58,682 bases of DNA, taken from contig DASUGM010000063.1 of NCBI GenBank assembly GCA_036274055.1, positions 1-58,682 of the forward strand, read 5' to 3'. The translations under genes and the position numbers were made by a program. The stretch comes from Vicinamibacterales bacterium (GTDB taxonomy: Bacteria; Acidobacteriota; Vicinamibacteria; Vicinamibacterales; SCN-69-37). This document shows, piece by piece, positions 18,913 through 28,222 of the stretch; position 1 is the first letter of the stretch, and each line of letters begins with the position of its first letter. Under the pieces are notes generated by a model. That model saw only the letters and a list, made by a program, of their open reading frames with translations, made no database searches and was not told where the DNA came from.

Positions 18913-20184
18913 ATGCGTAAAGTTCTCGTAGCTGTCATCGTCCTCGGCGCGTTGGGCGTCGGCGGCTGGTACTACCGCTTCGGCGGATCCAACACGGAAG
19001 CCGCCGCCGCCACCGGCGCCGGCGCGCCGGGCGCGGCCGGCCGCGGCCGCGGCGCCGGCGGGCGGGCGCCGCTGACCATCGACGTCGCCACCGTCGGACG
19101 GCACGAGATCATCGACTACGTCACCGTGGTCGGCAATCTGATCGGCGAAGCGACGGTCGACATCGTGCCGCGCGTCGGCGGCCGGCTCGAAGCGATTCAG
19201 GTCAAGCTCGGGGATCGCGTCACCAAGGGCCAGACGGTCGCCAAGATCGAGGACCGGACGATTCGCGAACAGATCAACCAGGCGGATGCCAGCCTGGCCG
19301 TCAACAACGCCAACGTCATCTCGCGCCAGAACGATCTCAAGGTCGCGCAGAACAACCTCGATCGACTGAAGAAAAGCTTCGACAGCGGGCTGTTGTCGAA
19401 GCAGGCGCTCGAGGACGCCGAGTCGCGTTACAACTCGGCCGCGAGCCAGGTCGACGTCGCCAAGGCGCAGGTGATTCAGACCCAGGCGCGCATCGACGAG
19501 CTGAAGATCACGATGACCGACACGACGGTGCTGTCGCCGGTGGATGGCTTCGTCGGCCGCCGCGTCCTCGACCCGGGCGCGTTTGCCGGCGCCAACACGG
19601 TGATCATGTCGGTCGTCGACATCAGCTCGGTGCGCTTGATCTCCAACGTCGTCGAGAAGGACTTCCGACGCGTCACCCCGGGCGTGGCCGCGCTCGTCGA
19701 AGTCGATGCGTTCCCGGGCGAGAGCTTCCGCGGCGAAGTCAGCCGCGTCGCGCCGATCTTCGATCCGGCGACGCGCACCGCGTCGATGGAAATCGAAGTG
19801 CCGAATCCCGGCTTCCGGCTCAAGCCGGGGATGTATGCGCGCGTGCGGCTGACGGCGGAACGCCGCGCCGGCGCCCTGAGCGTGCCGCGGAACGCGGTCG
19901 TCGACCTCGACAACAAGCGCGGCGTCTACACGGTCGAGAACGACGTCGCCAGGTTCAAGGAAGTCCATACCGGCCTGAGCGACGCCAATTTCATCGAGAT
20001 TCTCGACGGCGTCACCGAAGGCACGCGCGTCATCACCGTCGGTGCGCTGGCGCTGCGGGATGGCGATCGCGTCGTCATCGCCGGCGCGACCAAGGGCGGG
20101 CGCGGCGGCAGCAAGGACGGCGGCAATTCGGGTGGTCGAGCCGGCCGGGAGTCGGGCGCCGGCCAGGCAGGCAGTAGGCCCTAG
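18913..20184 (+). CDS. RND efflux periplasmic adaptor (HlyD/MFP family)
   Basis: Start taken at MRKVLVAVIVLGALGVGGWYY (TM anchor). Lipoyl/hairpin/beta-barrel pattern (LSPVDGFVGRRVLDPGAF, FRLKPGMYARVRL). The upstream part of the ORF overlaps the tolC-like gene out of frame. Confidence 0.9.
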   Translation: MRKVLVAVIVLGALGVGGWYYRFGGSNTEAAAATGAGAPGAAGRGRGAGGRAPLTIDVATVGRHEIIDYVTVVGNLIGEATVDIVPRVGGRLEAIQVKLGDRVTKGQTVAKIEDRTIREQINQADASLAVNNANVISRQNDLKVAQNNLDRLKKSFDSGLLSKQALEDAESRYNSAASQVDVAKAQVIQTQARIDELKITMTDTTVLSPVDGFVGRRVLDPGAFAGANTVIMSVVDISSVRLISNVVEKDFRRVTPGVAALVEVDAFPGESFRGEVSRVAPIFDPATRTASMEIEVPNPGFRLKPGMYARVRLTAERRAGALSVPRNAVVDLDNKRGVYTVENDVARFKEVHTGLSDANFIEILDGVTEGTRVITVGALALRDGDRVVIAGATKGGRGGSKDGGNSGGRAGRESGAGQAGSRP

Positions 20185-20260
20185 ACGTTAGGCCCTAGGC
20201 CCTAGGGTGTTCGGGTGCCCCCCAGAACCCACTAGGGCCCAGAGCCAAGCGCCCAGGGCC
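20175..20260. repeat. Microsatellite hairpin: (A)GGCCCTA units facing TAGGGCC/CAGGGCC-type units
   Basis: gtaggccctagacgttaggccctaggccctagggtg ... ccactagggcccagagccaagcgcccagggcc. The adaptor stop codon TAG (20182-20184) lies inside the first units. Confidence 0.75.
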
Positions 20261-20273
20261 TGACAAGGATCAG

Positions 20274-23200
20274 ATGTCTATTCCTCGCATAGCAATCGAG
20301 CGCCCGGTCACGATGTTCATGATCTCCGGCGTGATCGTCCTGCTCGGGTTGATCTCGCTCTATCGGCTGCCGGTCGACCTGATGCCGGACATCACCTACC
20401 CGAGCATCACGGTGCGTGTCGGCTACGCCGGCGTCGGGCCGGCCGAGATCGAAGAGCTGATCGTCCGCCCGCTCGAGCAGTCGCTCGCCGCGGTTCCCGG
20501 CCTCGAGCAGGTGAACTCGACGGCGGCCGAAGGCTCGGGCACGGTGCGTCTGAACTTCGCGTGGGGCACCGATCTCAACGACGCCGCCGACGAAGTCCGG
20601 ACCCGCGTCGATCGCGTGCGTGGCCGCTTGCCGGAAGAAGCCGACGCCCCGAGCATCTCCAAATTCGATTCGTCGTCGTCGCCGATCATGACGGTGGGCG
20701 TCGACGGCGATTACGACCGCGTGACGTTGCGCGAGATCGCGGAGAACGACCTGGTGCCGCGGTTCGAGCGCGTCGAGGGCGTCGCCGCGGTGACCGTCAG
20801 CGGCGGGCTGCGCCGGCAGATTCACATCGAACTGTCGAAGGAAAAGATCACCGCGATGGACCTGTCGGTCGATCGCGTCGTCAACACGATCCGCGCCGAG
20901 AACCAGAACACGCCGCTCGGCGAAGTCATCGAGGGCGACACCAGCTTCCTGCTCCGCAGCCAGGGGCAGTTCCAGAATCTCGCCCAGATCAAGGATCTGA
21001 TCGTCCAGACCAAGGGCGGCATTCCGGTCTACCTGCGCGATATCGCCGAGGTCAGGGACACGACCGAAGACCTGCGATCGTTCTCGCGCATCAACGGCAA
21101 GCCCGGCGTGCGCCTGCAGATTACCAAGCAGTCGGGCAAGAACACGGTCGCCATCGCCGCCTCGGCGAAAGCGGAAATCGAGCGGACCAACCGCGAAGTG
21201 CCGACGGTGCGGCTGACGCTGCTCGACGACCAGTCGAAGTACATCGAACAGTCCATCGCGGCGGTCAAGGAGCACGTCAACTTCGGCGCCGTCCTGGTGA
21301 TCGCGATCATCTTCCTGTTCCTGCGCGACCTCCGCTCCACGCTGATCATCTGCACGTCGATTCCGGTCTCGGTGGTCGGGACGTTCGCGCTGCTCTACTT
21401 CGCCGGCTTCACGCTGAACACGATGACCTTCGGCGGCCTGGCGCTCGGCGTCGGCATGATCGTCGACGCGTCGATCGTCGTGCTTGAAAACGCCTTCCGC
21501 CACATGGAACACGGCAAGTCGCGCCTGCAGGCGGCCATCGACGGGTCCGAGGAAGTCTGGTCGGCGATTCTGGCGTCCACGCTGACCCACGTCGCCGTCT
21601 TCGTGCCGCTGCTCTTCCTCACCGGCGTCTCGAGCGTGCTGTTCGTCCAGCTCTCGGTCGTGGTCATGTTCTCGCTGATGATGTCGCTGTTCGTCGCCGT
21701 GACGATCGTCCCGGTGCTGTGCTCGCGGCTGCTGAAGCTGCCGCCGCCGGAGAGCGAACGCAAAGGCCTCTTCGGCAAGCTGTTTACCTGGAGCGAGCAC
21801 GTCTTCACGAAACTCGACGACAGCTATCGGGCCGCGATTCACCTGGCGCTGCAGCACCGGCCGACGGTGTTGATGGCCGCCGCCGGCCTGACCGCCCTGG
21901 CGTTTGTGATTTTGCCGACGATTCCGTCCGAGCTCGTGCCGCAGACCGACGAGGGCGAAGTCTCGATCAGCGCCCGGATGCCGGTCGGGACCCGCGTCGA
22001 GCGCACCGAGGCGGTGGCGCTGCAGCTCGAACGCCTGGTTCAGGACAACGTGCCGGAAGCGGTGACGATCATGAGCAACGCCGGCGGCGGCGGATTCGGC
22101 GGCGGCTCGGCGTCGAGCGCGAACCTCACCGTCAAGCTGACGCCGCGCACCGAACGCAAGCGCACTAACGATCAGATAGCCACCGACCTGCGCCGCGTGC
22201 TGGTCGGCATTCCCGGCGCGCAGATCACGACGCGCGCCTCGGGCGGCAACAACCAGCTCACCCGCGCGCTCGGCGGCGGCAACACCAACAGCCGTCTCGC
22301 CGTCGAGATCCGGGGCAACGACCTCGCGGATTCGGCGCGGGTCGCGCAGCAGGTGCTCGACGTGCTCAAGGACACGCCCGGGATCGCCAACCCGCAGATC
22401 GGCCGTGAAGATGGCCGCCCCGAACTCGCGATTCGCGTCGACCGCCCCAAGGCGGCGATGCTCGGCCTGACCGTCCAGGGCGTCGCCAGCACCATCCGCA
22501 CGAACATCAGCGGCACGCAGGCGGCGTTCTTCCGCGAGCGCGGCAAGGAGTTTCCGATCATCGTCCGGCTCCGCGAGGAAGATCGCGAACGCGCCGAGTC
22601 GGTCAACGACGTGCTGATCTCGACGCCCAGCGGCCTGGTCTTGCCCGCCGGCAACGTGCTCGACCTGCGTCCGCAGACGGGACCAACGCAGATCGAACGC
22701 AAGAATCAGCAGCGCATCGCCCGCGTCAATGCCGAGCTCGACGCCGGCGTCGCCCTGGGCGAGGCCGTCAAGGACGTGCAGGCGCGGCTGCCGGCGGTGA
22801 CCGTCCCTGAGGGCTTTTCGGTCGGGTTTGGCGCCGAAGTCGAGCAGCAGGCCACCGCCTTCCAGCAGCTCCAGGTGCTGCTGGTCCTGGGCGTGCTGCT
22901 GGTCTACGCGGTCATGGCCTCCCAGTACGAGTCGCTGCGCGATCCCTTCATCGTGATGTTCTCGGTCCCGGTCGCGGCCATCGGGGTGGTGCTGGCGCTC
23001 AAGTTGACAGCAACGTCCTTCAGTTTGCAGGCGTATATCGGGGTAATCATGCTCGCCGGGATCGTGGTCAGCAACGCGATCCTGCTCGTGGACTACACGA
23101 ACGTTCTGCGAAAGCGAGACGGCGTGCCCCTGCGGGACGCCGTGGAATTGGCCGGACGGACGAGGCTCCGGCCCATCCTGATGACCTCCCTGGCGACCAT

Positions 23201-23399
23201 CCTTGGCCTGGTGCCCATGTCGTTGGGCATCGGTGAGGGCGCGGAATTACAGGCGCCGCTGGGGCGGGTGGTCATCGGCGGGCTGGCGGCATCGACGCTG
23301 GTCACGCTGGTGCTGGTGCCGGCGGTTTACACGTTGTTCGAAGAAGGTTTTGCCGGATTGCGCCGAGGGGCGGCGCATTCGAACCCTGAGCGGGCCTAG
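20274..23399 (+). CDS. RND efflux pump, AcrB/HAE1 family inner-membrane transporter
   Basis: 1041 aa. N-terminus [16 protein letters not shown], 12-TM/two-large-loop architecture, conserved [19 protein letters not shown] segment. Confidence 0.95.
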   Translation: MSIPRIAIERPVTMFMISGVIVLLGLISLYRLPVDLMPDITYPSITVRVGYAGVGPAEIEELIVRPLEQSLAAVPGLEQVNSTAAEGSGTVRLNFAWGTDLNDAADEVRTRVDRVRGRLPEEADAPSISKFDSSSSPIMTVGVDGDYDRVTLREIAENDLVPRFERVEGVAAVTVSGGLRRQIHIELSKEKITAMDLSVDRVVNTIRAENQNTPLGEVIEGDTSFLLRSQGQFQNLAQIKDLIVQTKGGIPVYLRDIAEVRDTTEDLRSFSRINGKPGVRLQITKQSGKNTVAIAASAKAEIERTNREVPTVRLTLLDDQSKYIEQSIAAVKEHVNFGAVLVIAIIFLFLRDLRSTLIICTSIPVSVVGTFALLYFAGFTLNTMTFGGLALGVGMIVDASIVVLENAFRHMEHGKSRLQAAIDGSEEVWSAILASTLTHVAVFVPLLFLTGVSSVLFVQLSVVVMFSLMMSLFVAVTIVPVLCSRLLKLPPPESERKGLFGKLFTWSEHVFTKLDDSYRAAIHLALQHRPTVLMAAAGLTALAFVILPTIPSELVPQTDEGEVSISARMPVGTRVERTEAVALQLERLVQDNVPEAVTIMSNAGGGGFGGGSASSANLTVKLTPRTERKRTNDQIATDLRRVLVGIPGAQITTRASGGNNQLTRALGGGNTNSRLAVEIRGNDLADSARVAQQVLDVLKDTPGIANPQIGREDGRPELAIRVDRPKAAMLGLTVQGVASTIRTNISGTQAAFFRERGKEFPIIVRLREEDRERAESVNDVLISTPSGLVLPAGNVLDLRPQTGPTQIERKNQQRIARVNAELDAGVALGEAVKDVQARLPAVTVPEGFSVGFGAEVEQQATAFQQLQVLLVLGVLLVYAVMASQYESLRDPFIVMFSVPVAAIGVVLALKLTATSFSLQAYIGVIMLAGIVVSNAILLVDYTNVLRKRDGVPLRDAVELAGRTRLRPILMTSLATILGLVPMSLGIGEGAELQAPLGRVVIGGLAASTLVTLVLVPAVYTLFEEGFAGLRRGAAHSNPERA

Positions 23400-23405
23400 A
23401 GGATC

Positions 23406-25184
23406 ATGAAAAAGCTGGTCACGTTTCTGATTGTCATCGCGGCTGGCGCCGCGGCGGCCTACTACTACTACACGGTCACCAAGAAGGTCGAGCCGCCGCA
23501 GATTACGCAGGTCACGATCTCGCAGAACGACATCGTCGAGGTCGTCCAGGCGACCGGTACGCTCGAAGCCGAGCGGCGCGTCGACGTCGGCTCGCAGGTG
23601 TCCGGCACCGTGCAGGAGATGTACGTCGACTACAACTACATCGTCCACAAGGGCCAGGTGCTCGCCAAGCTCGACCCGACGCTGCTCCAGGTGCAGGTCG
23701 ACATCCAGAAGGCGAACATCGAGCGCCAGAAGGGCGACATCACCAACCAGGAAGTGAATCTCGAGGACGCGAAGAAGAACCTCGAGCGCACCAAGGAACT
23801 CGCTGAAAAGGGCCTCGCCAACCAGCAGCAGCTCGAGGCGGCGGTGCTGACCGTCAAGAGCCGGCAAGCGCAGATCGACGCGGCGAAGAAGACGCTTTAC
23901 ACCGCGGAGCAACAGCTCTCGCAGGCCGAACTCAACGTCAGCTACACCACGATCAAGTCGCCGATCGACGGCGTCGTCGTCGAGCGCAAGGTCGACCGCG
24001 GCCAGACGGTGCAGGCGAGCATGAACACGCCGTCGTTCTTCATCCTGGCGACGGACCTGCGGACGTTGAAGCTCACCGCCGGCGTCGACGAAGCGGAAAT
24101 CGGCAAGGTGCGCCAGGGGCAGAAGGTCAAGTTCATCGTCGACTCGTACGGCCGTCAGGAGTTCGAGGGCGTCGTCACGAACGTCCGACTGAACGCGACG
24201 ACGAGCAACAACGTCGTCACCTACCCGGTGTGGATTGAGGTGCCGAACCCCGAGCTCAAGCTCAAGCCGAGCATGACGGCGAACCTGCGCATCATCATCT
24301 CGACGGCAGCCAACGCCGTGCGCATCCCGAATCAGGCGCTGCGCTTCCGGCCCAACAACGACATCTATCTGGCGCTCGGGCTCGAGCCGCCAAAGGCGGG
24401 CGGCCGGCAGTTGAACGGCGGTCGCGCTGGTGACGTGCAGAACCCGCCGCCGGCGGCCAGCGCACAGCCGGGCGCGGCTGGCGCGCCGGGCGCGACCACG
24501 GCGCCGCAGGTTGCGGGCGGACGGCAAGGCGGCGGCGACCGGTCGTCGCGCACGCCGGGTGGTCAGGGCGGCCAGGCTGGCCAAGGCGGTCAGGCCGGTC
24601 AGAACCGCGGCAATCGCTCCGCCGGAGGCACGGGTGGACGGGGCTTCGGCAACCAGGGCGGCGGGGTGTCGAACATGACGCCTGAGCAACGCGCGCAGAT
24701 GATGGAACAGTTTCGCGCCAGCGGCGGCGGCAACGGCGGCGGTCGCGGTCAGGGCGGCGGCGGTGGCCGAGCCGGCACGCGCGTCGGCAACGAGCCGCCG
24801 GCAAAGACCGTGGACATGAGTTCGGCGCAGACGATTGACGAGCTCTTCCAGCCCGTGCCCAAGCGTATCGAGCCGGGTTCCGTGTGGACCTGGGACGAGG
24901 CCGGCAAGAAGCTCGCTGAGCATCGCGTGTTCCTCGGCATCACCGATGGGCAGTTCAGCGAACTCGTCTCCGGCGACATCAAGGTCGGCCAGCAGGTCGT
25001 GACTGCCGTCGTGCTTCCGCAGGCGGCGCGGTCGAACGCCGGCGGGAACAGCCTCTTCGGTGGCCAGCAGCCGGGCCGCGGCAATCCGGGTGGCATGCAG
25101 CCGGGCAATTTCGGCGGCGGCCCCGGTGGCGGCGGCGGCGGCGGTCGTGGCGGCGGTGGCGGTGGCGGACGGGGCGGCAATTAG
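23406..25184 (+). CDS. MacA-like periplasmic adaptor (HlyD family) with long Gly/Gln/Arg-rich insertions
   Basis: TM anchor, coiled-coil hairpin, lipoyl motif (IKSPIDGVVVERKVDRGQ), beta-barrel, then a roughly 145-aa low-complexity insert and a poly-Gly/Arg C-terminal tail. Confidence 0.85.
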   Translation: MKKLVTFLIVIAAGAAAAYYYYTVTKKVEPPQITQVTISQNDIVEVVQATGTLEAERRVDVGSQVSGTVQEMYVDYNYIVHKGQVLAKLDPTLLQVQVDIQKANIERQKGDITNQEVNLEDAKKNLERTKELAEKGLANQQQLEAAVLTVKSRQAQIDAAKKTLYTAEQQLSQAELNVSYTTIKSPIDGVVVERKVDRGQTVQASMNTPSFFILATDLRTLKLTAGVDEAEIGKVRQGQKVKFIVDSYGRQEFEGVVTNVRLNATTSNNVVTYPVWIEVPNPELKLKPSMTANLRIIISTAANAVRIPNQALRFRPNNDIYLALGLEPPKAGGRQLNGGRAGDVQNPPPAASAQPGAAGAPGATTAPQVAGGRQGGGDRSSRTPGGQGGQAGQGGQAGQNRGNRSAGGTGGRGFGNQGGGVSNMTPEQRAQMMEQFRASGGGNGGGRGQGGGGGRAGTRVGNEPPAKTVDMSSAQTIDELFQPVPKRIEPGSVWTWDEAGKKLAEHRVFLGITDGQFSELVSGDIKVGQQVVTAVVLPQAARSNAGGNSLFGGQQPGRGNPGGMQPGNFGGGPGGGGGGGRGGGGGGGRGGN

Positions 25185-25187
25185 TTC

Positions 25188-25290
25188 GTCTTGGGTCTTT
25201 GGTCTTGGGTCTTGAGTCGCAACGCAGCTTTTCGACTCACTGCTTAAGACCAGAGACAGGACCCAAGACCCCAGACGCAAGACCCAAGAC
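25188..25290. repeat. Microsatellite hairpin: GGGTCTT units facing AAGACCC-type units
   Basis: Left arm gtcttgggtctttggtcttgggtcttgagtcg. 13-nt loop. The right arm cgactcactgcttaagaccagagacaggacccaagaccccagacgcaagacccaagac is about 58 nt against about 32 nt on the left. Confidence 0.8.
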
Positions 25291-25308
25291 TGAACTGGAG
25301 ACCTGAAC

Positions 25309-26106
25309 GTGCCCGTTGTTATCTCCGTCAAAGACCTGACCAAGATCTACCGCATGGGCGACCACGAGGTCCGCGCGTTGCGCGGCGTGTCGCTCGACAT
25401 CGAGGCCGGCGAGTTCGTCGCCGTCACCGGCCCGTCGGGCTCGGGCAAGTCGACGTTCATGCACATCGCCGGCGCCCTCGACAAGCCGACCAGCGGCCAG
25501 TACATCCTCGACGGCAAGGACGTCTCGAAGCTGTCGAAGGATGACTTGGCCCGAGTGCGCAACCAGAAGATCGGGTTCGTCTTTCAGGGCTTCAACCTGT
25601 TGACGCGGACCACGGCGCTCGACAACGTCGAGCTGCCGCTGCTCTACAACAACAAGAACGGCCTGCGGGCGTCCGACCGGCACAAGCGCGCGCTCGCGTC
25701 GCTCGACGCGGTCGGCCTCGGTCAGCGCTATCACCACATGCCGAACCAGCTGTCCGGCGGTCAGCAGCAGCGCGTCGCCATCGCGCGGGCGCTGATCAAC
25801 GAGCCGTCGATCATTCTGGCCGACGAGCCGACCGGCAATCTCGACACGCGCACCAGCATCGAAGTGATGGGGATCTTCCAGCGCCTGAATCGCGAGCGCG
25901 GCATCACCGTTTTGCTGATCACCCACGAAATGGACATCGCGGAATACGGCACGCGGCTGATTCGCTTCCGCGACGGCCGCGTCGTGGCCGACCAGGCGGT
26001 GCTGCACCGCCGCAACGCCGCCGACGAACTGGCGGCGCTGCCGCCGCCCGAGCCCGATCAGATTCCGCCGCCCGCGGCCGACGCACAAGCGCCGGCCGGG
26101 CACTAG
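25309..26106 (+). CDS. ABC transporter ATP-binding protein (MacB/LolD-type)
   Basis: Walker A GPSGSGKST, signature LSGGQQQRVAIARAL, Walker B ILADEPTGNLD, H-loop LLITHE. GTG start. Confidence 0.95.
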   Translation: MPVVISVKDLTKIYRMGDHEVRALRGVSLDIEAGEFVAVTGPSGSGKSTFMHIAGALDKPTSGQYILDGKDVSKLSKDDLARVRNQKIGFVFQGFNLLTRTTALDNVELPLLYNNKNGLRASDRHKRALASLDAVGLGQRYHHMPNQLSGGQQQRVAIARALINEPSIILADEPTGNLDTRTSIEVMGIFQRLNRERGITVLLITHEMDIAEYGTRLIRFRDGRVVADQAVLHRRNAADELAALPPPEPDQIPPPAADAQAPAGH

Positions 26107-26120
26107 GAGAGAGTGCCCGC

Positions 26121-27338
26121 ATGAACCTGTTTATGACGGTCCGGATCGCCTTCAAGGCGCTCCTGCGCAATAAGCTGCGCACCAGCCTGACCATGCTCGG
26201 CATGATCATCGGCGTCGCGGCGGTGATCTCGATGGTCGCGCTGGGCTCGGGCGCCAGCGCGGCGCTCGAAGAGCAGGTCAAGGCCGCCGGCACCAACCTG
26301 ATCACCATCTCGCCCGGAAGCACGTCGGCGGCCGGCGTCCGCACCGGCTTCGGCGGCAACACCAAGATGACGCCGGAGGACGCGCAGGCGCTGCGCGATC
26401 TGCCGGAGCTGCAGTACGTCGCCGAGAGCGTCGGCACGCGCTCGCAGGTGATCTACGGCAACGCCAACTGGAACACGCAGATCGAAGGCACCAACGTCGA
26501 CCTGCCGCTGATCCGCGCCTGGCCGCAGATGTACGGCTCGTTCTTCACCTCCGAAGACGTTCGCGGCGCGGCCAAGGTCTGCGTGCTCGGCGCCAACGTC
26601 TCCGACACGTTGTTCGGCGAAGGCGTCGATCCGACCGACCAGCAGATCCGCGTGCGCAACCACATCTTCCGCGTGCTCGGCGTGATGTCGCGCAAGGGCG
26701 CGACCGGCGGCGGCATGAACATGGACGACCAGATCTTCACGCCGTACACGACGGTGATGAAGAAGCTGTCGGGCCAGACCAACCTGAACCGCATCTACGT
26801 CGCGACCCGCTCCGCCGACGAGCTGTCCTCGGCGGCGGCGTCGATCTCCACGACCATGCGGCTGCAGCACAACATCGTCCCCGGAGACACCGACGACTTC
26901 ACCGTCCAGACGCTCGACGACATGGTCGCGCTGCGCACCGAACAGGCCAACACGATGACGCGTCTGCTCGCCGGCATCGCCGGCGTCTCGCTGGTCGTCG
27001 GCGGCATCGGCATCATGAACATCATGCTGGTGTCGGTGACCGAGCGGACGCGGGAGATCGGCCTGCGCCTGGCCATCGGCGCGCGCGGTTTCGACGTCCT
27101 GCTGCAGTTCCTGATCGAGGCAGTGGTGATCAGCTTGCTCGGGGGCGCCACTGGCATAGGACTTGGTTATCTGGTCTCCGAGCTCTTGCGTGCATACCAG
27201 AACATGCCTACTCTAGTGCCGCTCGACTCCGTGATCATCGCGGTGGTCTTCTCGGCGGCGGTCGGCATCTTTTTCGGGTTCTACCCGGCGCGCAAGGCCG
27301 CCGGGCTGGATCCCATCGAAGCTCTGCGATTCGAATAA
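26121..27338 (+). CDS. ABC transporter permease (MacB-type FtsX family)
   Basis: N-terminal TM, periplasmic MacB_PCD-like domain, C-terminal FtsX module (TERTREIGLRLAIGARGFDVLLQFL...ARKAAGLDPIEALRFE). Confidence 0.95.
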   Translation: MNLFMTVRIAFKALLRNKLRTSLTMLGMIIGVAAVISMVALGSGASAALEEQVKAAGTNLITISPGSTSAAGVRTGFGGNTKMTPEDAQALRDLPELQYVAESVGTRSQVIYGNANWNTQIEGTNVDLPLIRAWPQMYGSFFTSEDVRGAAKVCVLGANVSDTLFGEGVDPTDQQIRVRNHIFRVLGVMSRKGATGGGMNMDDQIFTPYTTVMKKLSGQTNLNRIYVATRSADELSSAAASISTTMRLQHNIVPGDTDDFTVQTLDDMVALRTEQANTMTRLLAGIAGVSLVVGGIGIMNIMLVSVTERTREIGLRLAIGARGFDVLLQFLIEAVVISLLGGATGIGLGYLVSELLRAYQNMPTLVPLDSVIIAVVFSAAVGIFFGFYPARKAAGLDPIEALRFE

Positions 27339-27394
27339 GTCGCAGATTCGCGGGATGGAAAGAACCGGCCGCCGGCGGCCGGTAACAACGGGAC

Positions 27395-27422
27395 CGAATC
27401 GATCGGAAGGTCGATTCGTTTT
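27395..27422 (+). terminator. Rho-independent-type terminator after the MacB-type permease gene
   Basis: cgaatcga-tcggaagg-tcgattcg followed by tttt. It is preceded by a second perfect palindrome, accggccgccggcggccggt (27364-27383). Confidence 0.7.
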
Positions 27423-27440
27423 GTAGAGGGAGTACTCTTT

Positions 27441-27956
27441 ATGCGACGTGTAGCAACACTGGTGAGCACGGCGACTGTGATGATGTTCACGGTCGGTCTG
27501 CTGGCGCAGGCGAAACCGAACTTCGCCGGCAAGTGGACGGTTGACGCGGAGAAGACCACGGCTGCGAACCCGGCTCCGGCCGGTGGCGGCGGTGGCGGCG
27601 GCGGACGTGCTGGCGGCGGTGGCGGTGGACGTGGCGGCGGTGGTCCGATGACCATCGCGCAGGACGCGACGACGCTCACGATCACTACCGAAGGCCAGAA
27701 CGGTCCGATGGAAGTGAAGTACAAGCTCGACGGCACCGAACAGACGGTGACGATGGGTCAGGGCGAAGCCAAGGTCAAGGCCAAGGTCGAGGGCAGCACG
27801 ATCGTCGTCGAACAGGTCCGTGACATGGGCAACGGCCCGACGACCACCAAGGTCGTCTACTCGATGGAAGGTGACTGGCTCGTTCGGTCGACGACCTCGC
27901 CCGGCCGCAACGGCGGCGAACCGACGACGCGCAAGACCTACTTCAAGAAGGGCTAG
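27441..27956 (+). CDS. Small secreted protein with Gly/Arg tract (paralog 1)
   Basis: Signal peptide MRRVATLVSTATVMMFTVGLLAQA, KPNFAGKWTVD, tract GGGGGGGGRAGGGGGGRGGGG, then a beta-rich body ending TYFKKG. GAGGGA upstream of the ATG. Confidence 0.7.
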   Translation: MRRVATLVSTATVMMFTVGLLAQAKPNFAGKWTVDAEKTTAANPAPAGGGGGGGGRAGGGGGGRGGGGPMTIAQDATTLTITTEGQNGPMEVKYKLDGTEQTVTMGQGEAKVKAKVEGSTIVVEQVRDMGNGPTTTKVVYSMEGDWLVRSTTSPGRNGGEPTTRKTYFKKG

Positions 27957-27960
27957 TTCC

Positions 27961-28154
27961 AGGCCCTGGGCGTTTTGGCCCTGGGCACTAGGGCGAGTTC
28001 TGAACGGGCGCGGTGGCTTCGGCTGCCGCGCCCGTTTGCTGTACACGCAGAGAGCACGGAGAACACGGAGACGCAGAGGCGCGCCGTAGCCCAAGGCCCA
28101 AGGCCCAAGACGCGAGACCCAAGACTGTGAGCCTTGAGCCCTGAGCCCTGAGCC
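27961..28154. repeat. Compound repeat element: GGCCCTGG units, nested terminator hairpin, CRSAGA units, then CCCAAGG/GACCCAAG/GAGCCYT units
   Basis: aggccctgggcgttttggccctgggcactagggc ... gcccaaggcccaaggcccaagacgcgagacccaagactgtgagccttgagccctgagccctgagcc. The outer arms are only partly complementary. Confidence 0.7.
28003..28036 (+). terminator. Terminator-like hairpin after small secreted protein paralog 1
   Basis: aacgggcgcgg-tggcttcggctg-ccgcgcccgtt (11-bp stem) followed by tgctgt, a weak U-tract. Confidence 0.6.
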
Positions 28155-28222
28155 ATCTAATATCGACCCAGGTCCGGCCGTTTCCGGGCAGGAACGCCGA
28201 AGCCATTCACAGGAGAATGAAC

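Noticed and set aside
23247-25343. 698-aa minus-strand ORF covering the whole MacA-like adaptor gene
   Set aside because: It is antisense to a plus-strand gene with clear HlyD-family motifs. Its translation is Arg/Ala/Leu-rich low complexity. This is the typical long shadow ORF of high-GC DNA.
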